Shown here piece after piece: positions 58,831-64,000 of a stretch of DNA of 64,000 nt. Every line of letters starts with the position of its first letter. The stretch's first letter is position 1. A program made the position numbers and the translations under genes. The notes below the pieces were generated by a model, which had not been told where the DNA came from, did not search any database, and worked only from the letters and a program-made list of their open reading frames with translations. Source of the DNA: Eledone cirrhosa (Eukaryota); NCBI GenBank assembly GCA_964016885.1, contig OZ024740.1, forward strand, positions 54,312,001 through 54,376,000. The letters are read 5' to 3'.

Positions 58831-61727
58831 TATTTCTTCGCTGGTTTGATTACCTATAGAAACAAAGCTATAACAATTAAGGATGACAGTGGTCATAGAA
58901 AACTCACCAACTGCGGCGTATATAAGTTGTACGCATCTCCAAGCCTTCCAGGATCGGGAGATATAGTTGCTGTATTGTTTCGGAAAAGTATGGATTTCAC
59001 GATACGGACCATATTCGTGGTCCCTGTGTCCCTCAATGGTGCTGTACCTGATCATCATCGAAAGTTAGACTGTCAAATGAATTAAATAAATGTAATCATC
59101 AGCGAAAAAAGAAAACCAGACTTTAAACAAGTCCTTTAGAACGAAAATCCTTTGTGATGTATTTCGACTTGTACAAGGTGCCTCTTGTAATACTCGCTGC
59201 TCTAAATTCAATGAATCAATTATAGGCTCAAAACCAATAAATATTTCTTCACTAAATGAGATTTACATTTCTGAAATATACTGAGAAAACGATTAAAAGA
59301 ACGCTACTTGACAGGAACTTTAATCTTCAGCAATATTCTTCCAAAATTGAGAATTAGTTCATGTAAAATTTGAAAATCTAATAGATATAGTTGAAGGTGA
59401 TACTGCAAATTTATATATTACTTTTGCATTTTATAGATACTCAAGTATCGATGATTTAATGATTGTCTATAACATGAAGCCGTTAGCAAAGATTTGTAAC
59501 ATTTAGTTTGTTATCGAAGCGATCACTACATTTGCAGGAGACGATACACCGTATAGTCATCTAGTGTTAGATTTGAACGTAACATAATCAGTTATAAAAG
59601 AATACATTGCTATAGGGATTTGTTAATACGTATTACATAACATACTTCACACTAAATCTACGAACAGAATATTGTCAGATAGTAAATGAAACTTCTGAGT
59701 ATTGAATTAAAGTTATATGATTTAATTAATATTTTACATTATCTCTGAAAGTTGAAAGAAAACTTGAAAACACCAGCAAAAACAGACAGTAAAATTGTTA
59801 AAATGGATACTAAATTTATAATTTTTAACTGTAAGTCGCAATGTCTACAGTAAGGCAACAAAGGAAAAAAGTAAAACTATCACTTGAATAAAGACGTGCA
59901 TATAGCGAAATTAAAGGAAGAGACACGCCAATATTTGTCATATAGAAAAATTTACCTACACTTGATAGACTATTTAGATATTCTGATGCTAATATTCCAT
60001 AGAATATATAGTGCAGTATAAAAGATGAGTAGCATACATGGGGTACATATTTCAGAATATTTTGAGGAAAATCTGACGTTCTCTCTCGTCCCAAAGAAAA
60101 AGGGGTTTAGGTTGGAATAAACGGGGTTGGGGTTGGAATATCGCTAACATTTCAAGGTTGTTTCCCTCAATTCTTTTTAAAAACAAGAATTAGTCGTTTA
60201 GTTTGCATATTGAGACTCCAAACCATCCTATTTATTTAATAACGTGTGGCATTTCTAGTAATGTATATTTTTTGTTATGTCAAATGTTTTTGAATGTCTA
60301 AAGACAATTAAATGATGCAGAAATGCTACCACTTAAAATAAAATTTCGCCGTAGATAAACAAAATTTAATAAGTGGGGGATGGGGTTTCGATAAGAGCAG
60401 TTGGGTTAGTGTTGGAAAAAAACTGAAAAAATAATAAGTGGGTGGGGTTAATTATGCGATACCTGAGAGTATAAGGGCTATTTGTATGAATAATAATACT
60501 AGCATATATTATGTCACTCTTTAATCTCAATAAAAATGAAAAAGAATCGTGTTAATCGTGCTCTGCCAGGGTTTCGTTTTGCGATCATGGCCTTTTGTGA
60601 GTGAATCCCCTCCGAAGGGATGCCAAATATAATCAGTATTCATCAGTTCACACTCACTAACACAAACATACGCACAACAGACACACAAACACATATCAAA
60701 TGTTCAACTTCCATTATATACACGACGCTGATCCATAGCAATACTTATATTATATAATACTGTTATCGCTAGTATTATAAGTGATGGTGTTTCCATATAC
60801 ACAACTGATTTATACAGGTAGTTTCCTTGTACGTAAAATTTGAAAATGACATAAGCAGCACCTTGCAGTTTTCTTTGTGACAATTTGATTTCTACGTTAT
60901 TTTCTTCTTCTTAAAATATCTGACAGTACGGGTGAGTGTCTTGAATGAGTAGTAGCTAACTTTAATAGATTTTCTGTTTACGATTTCCCTATGCTTATGG
61001 TTGATATAGAATAAGTGCTTGCATGATGGAAAAAAGTGTTTGCAGTTTTGTGCGTTATAAAAATGGTGAGTGATATCACAAACTTTCTTTACTATGGCTC
61101 CTTGAGTTTGGTTATTAAGATTAATGTGTTTTGTAATCACTAGCTCTCAATGGCTTATCGCATGTCTATTCATTTTGAATAGTTGTCGAGATTTGATTGC
61201 ACAATGCTTGAACTATTGTTTACTTAATATTGGGCCCAGAGCTTTAATGTGCTATGGGGCATTTTGGTTGATAACATTGAATGTGGCAACTATATATACG
61301 TATATATATGTGGCAACTATACGTATATACGTAACGACAAAGAGGTACATTAAAATTTTACAAATCGATATACGAAAATGCAGACGCAACTTAGCTGACA
61401 TATATACGCATTCTCACTGGTAGCACCTTAAATGCGGGAAATGGAAAAGTTTAACCTTTTTCAATCAATTACACATACGGATCAAACTGTTCATGCACAA
61501 GATTTTCATAAATTACAAAAATTATCTACTTTAATGCTATATACACATAGATTATATAATTCCTATATATATTGTTGAAATAAATAGTTATTTATGTGTC
61601 ATACCTATATGGTCGATTGATAATTATAGAACGAAAGAAGAAATCAGGAAAAATCATGTATAGACTAATGCAAAAATATATCGATACTTATACGCACAAA
61701 CATACACACATACATTATTATATAAAA

Positions 61728-61925
61728 TGGTTTCTTATATAGGCACAAGGCCAGCAATTTTGGGAGAGGGGAAAGTCGAGTAAATCGACCCCACTGCGTG
61801 ACTGGTACTTTATTATATCGACCCTGTAAGGATGAAAAGCAAAGTTAACCTCGGCGGTTATTTGAACTCAGATCATAAAGAGCCGTAACTCTATGCTACA
61901 AACCATTGCGTCCGACCCATGACCG
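61728..61925 (-). mobile_element. tRNA-derived SINE, longer and older variant
   Basis: Same core, with extra GGGAGAGGGGAAAGTCGAGTAAATCGACCCC. Confidence 0.85.
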
Positions 61926-62454
61926 TGTGTGAGTGGATCTTTTTCGAGTAGTTGCGATCTTTGAACTTTTGAGTCTGTACCTATTACACAAGGTTGGCGC
62001 GAAATAATCAACAACATCTCGGATGTCTTCAGCAAGATATCTAAAACTTTCCTCAAATACTGGTCGCTCTCCGACAGGTTTGCGGTCGTACCCCTGGCAG
62101 GGCTACCTCCTTACTCACCACCATAGACGTCCTCCGGGGAAACGCCTTCTTCATTCTGTCCGCCGGGGCTGTGGGTGGGCCCCATCGCGTACCGTTGTAG
62201 TTGTTGCAGAAGAAACAGGAAGAAAACATCTAATCTAATATGTACTTCCTTAAAAAACTACGGTAAGCTTTGTTCATTAACATTAATCTTTAACGTCAAC
62301 TTGACTAAATAATGACTTAAATTTGAAACCAGCTACTAAATAAGCTCTCTTACAGCAGATTGAGCACTGTTTCCCTTGAAATTCTCTCTACGGATTATAA
62401 CCAAAACACATACACATATATACAAACACACACACACATACACCCACACTCATA

Positions 62455-62526
<72 letters not shown>

Positions 62527-62528
<2 letters not shown>

Positions 62529-63380
62529 GTTACATTTGGGGACGGTCATATTGCCAATATTGACTGTAAAAAGACGTGCTATTTGGTTTTCACTTCAGCT
62601 TTAATATTAGTTATTAGTTAGTTCGTCTCACATATTTTGGCCTCCTCAATGACGATTTAATTTCCAGTATGCTTCCTATTCTTTCTGGACATATTTTGTT
62701 AACACTATCTTGATTTCTGTTGTACATTTCCCTGACTGCGCATTGAATTTGTGCTTTGTGTGCATGTGTGTGTCTTTCTGATTGGCATGTTTATGTGTCT
62801 TCCTATACGTTTATGTTGTATTCTGTCCTCAGTCGCTAGGCTGTTTCGTGTGCGTGTTAGTATTCCATTCGTGTTCTGTGTTGAGTTTCGGTTTACTCTC
62901 TGTTATTTCTTTCAACGTTGTGTCGGCTCTATGTAGAGATAGGATCTTTAATTCAATGTTATCTACTATTATGGTTTGTGAGTCAAAAATAACATAGTGT
63001 CTTGTTCGTTGACGCTACTCCTAGAAGCAAAGTAGCGTATCAATTTAAGAGAACCTCAGATAAACTGAACCTATGAATTAAAGTCCAGGGATGCACAAAA
63101 GATCCTTGATCCTTATGACATACACTATTAAGGATTACACCTTACCGATATTAACTGCGCAGTGTATAAATTAATCTCACCGGTAATGCAAAACTAGGAT
63201 TGCAATTTTTAAGATTAGGTATAAAAATGGAGAGTGCAGAAATATGACAATGACATATAGAGGTGAGACTGCCCATAGCATAGGAGAGAGAGATGAAAGG
63301 AAACTGGCGAGGACTCGAAGATAAAAAACAAAACATTCAGCAATGCTATACCAACATGGCAAAATAATATAACATGTAGG
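62527..63380. mobile_element. Older PLE copy related to 17255-18478, internally inverted
   Basis: + strand ~62996-63370 gives LFVDATPRSK...CKTRIAIFKIRY...TYRGETAHSIGER...LYQHG. The - strand ~62975-62860 gives VDNIELKILSLHRADTTLKEITESKPKLNTEHEW, then the 3' region down to 62527. Confidence 0.85.
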
Positions 63381-63465
63381 CTCAAAATAAAATATTAAAG
63401 TAAATATCCCATCCATATATAGAACCCTACACAAAGCTCAGACAAATTTAGGAGGTCAGTGTTAT

Positions 63466-63652
63466 AATTGTTTCTACTTTTGGCACAAGGCCAGCAATTA
63501 CCCAGTACATTACTGGTACTTTATTTTATCGACCCCGTAAGGATGAAAGATAAAGTTAACCTCGACGAGATTTGAACTCAGACCGTAAAGAGACGTAACT
63601 ATGCTAGAAAGCATGGCGTCCAACCCTCTACCGATTCTGCCAATCCACCGCC
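63466..63652 (-). mobile_element. Full-length SINE with TSD
   Basis: TSD GGTCAG(T/A)GTTATAAT at 63454-63468 and 63655-63669. Confidence 0.93.
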
Positions 63653-63779
63653 CTGGTCAGAGTTATAATAGTGTCTAGACCAAACTTCAATAGTACACAC
63701 GAATGGAATAGTAATACCCTCACAACCTAATGACAGAATAGATCACATAAAAAACCTTAACCTAACCTTAAAACTAATC

Positions 63780-64000
63780 ATAACCAGCATCATCCGGTTT
63801 CCTGATTGCCTGTGCTACTTACATGCCATCAGATTAGTTAGTGAGGGATGCTGTCTGTACTACGGAGGGTATGTCTGAGAGATCCACTACAAATGATACT
63901 GGTCCCAAGACAGTTCCATGGGGCACACGGCTTGTTATTGATGTCTCCTTTGAGGGCCCCGCTGGGTGAAATAGTGTGGCTTCTTTCAATTAAGAAGTTA
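63780..64000 (-). pseudogene. CR1-like LINE reverse-transcriptase fragment
   Basis: SRVP/GTVLGPVSFVVDLSDIPSVVQTASLTN*SDG, a decayed GVPQGTVLGP...YADD. Confidence 0.8.

Noticed and set aside
59100-60475. Possible decayed DNA transposon ending ...CCTGAGAGTA
   Set aside because: No matching second terminus or transposase motif could be identified.
62020-62215. GC-rich patch with GTGAGT on the minus strand as an exon
   Set aside because: No recognisable protein similarity or partner exons.

Overview
Very AT-rich, microsatellite-saturated eukaryotic non-coding DNA. The SINE families and repeat landscape suggest an octopod cephalopod (inference). I could not recognise any intact host protein-coding gene; nearly all long ORFs in the track are translations of (TA)n, (CA)n, (TTC)n or (CTA)n. 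The window holds (i) about 16 copies of a tRNA-derived SINE with a MetaSINE-like core, plus other SINEs; (ii) decayed fragments of mariner, CR1-like, HERO-, CRE- and R4/Dong-like elements; (iii) three Penelope-like (PLE) GIY-YIG remnants. The most notable signal is a dense set of short, non-coding modules embedded in (TA)n tracts. They belong to several unrelated families, carry minimal type I hammerhead-ribozyme (HHR) motifs typical of PLE pseudo-LTRs, and often occur as fold-back palindromes. One family has a U3-A8 covariant catalytic core, and another repeatedly folds back at the predicted HHR stem II. Coordinates were read by eye and may be off by a few bases.
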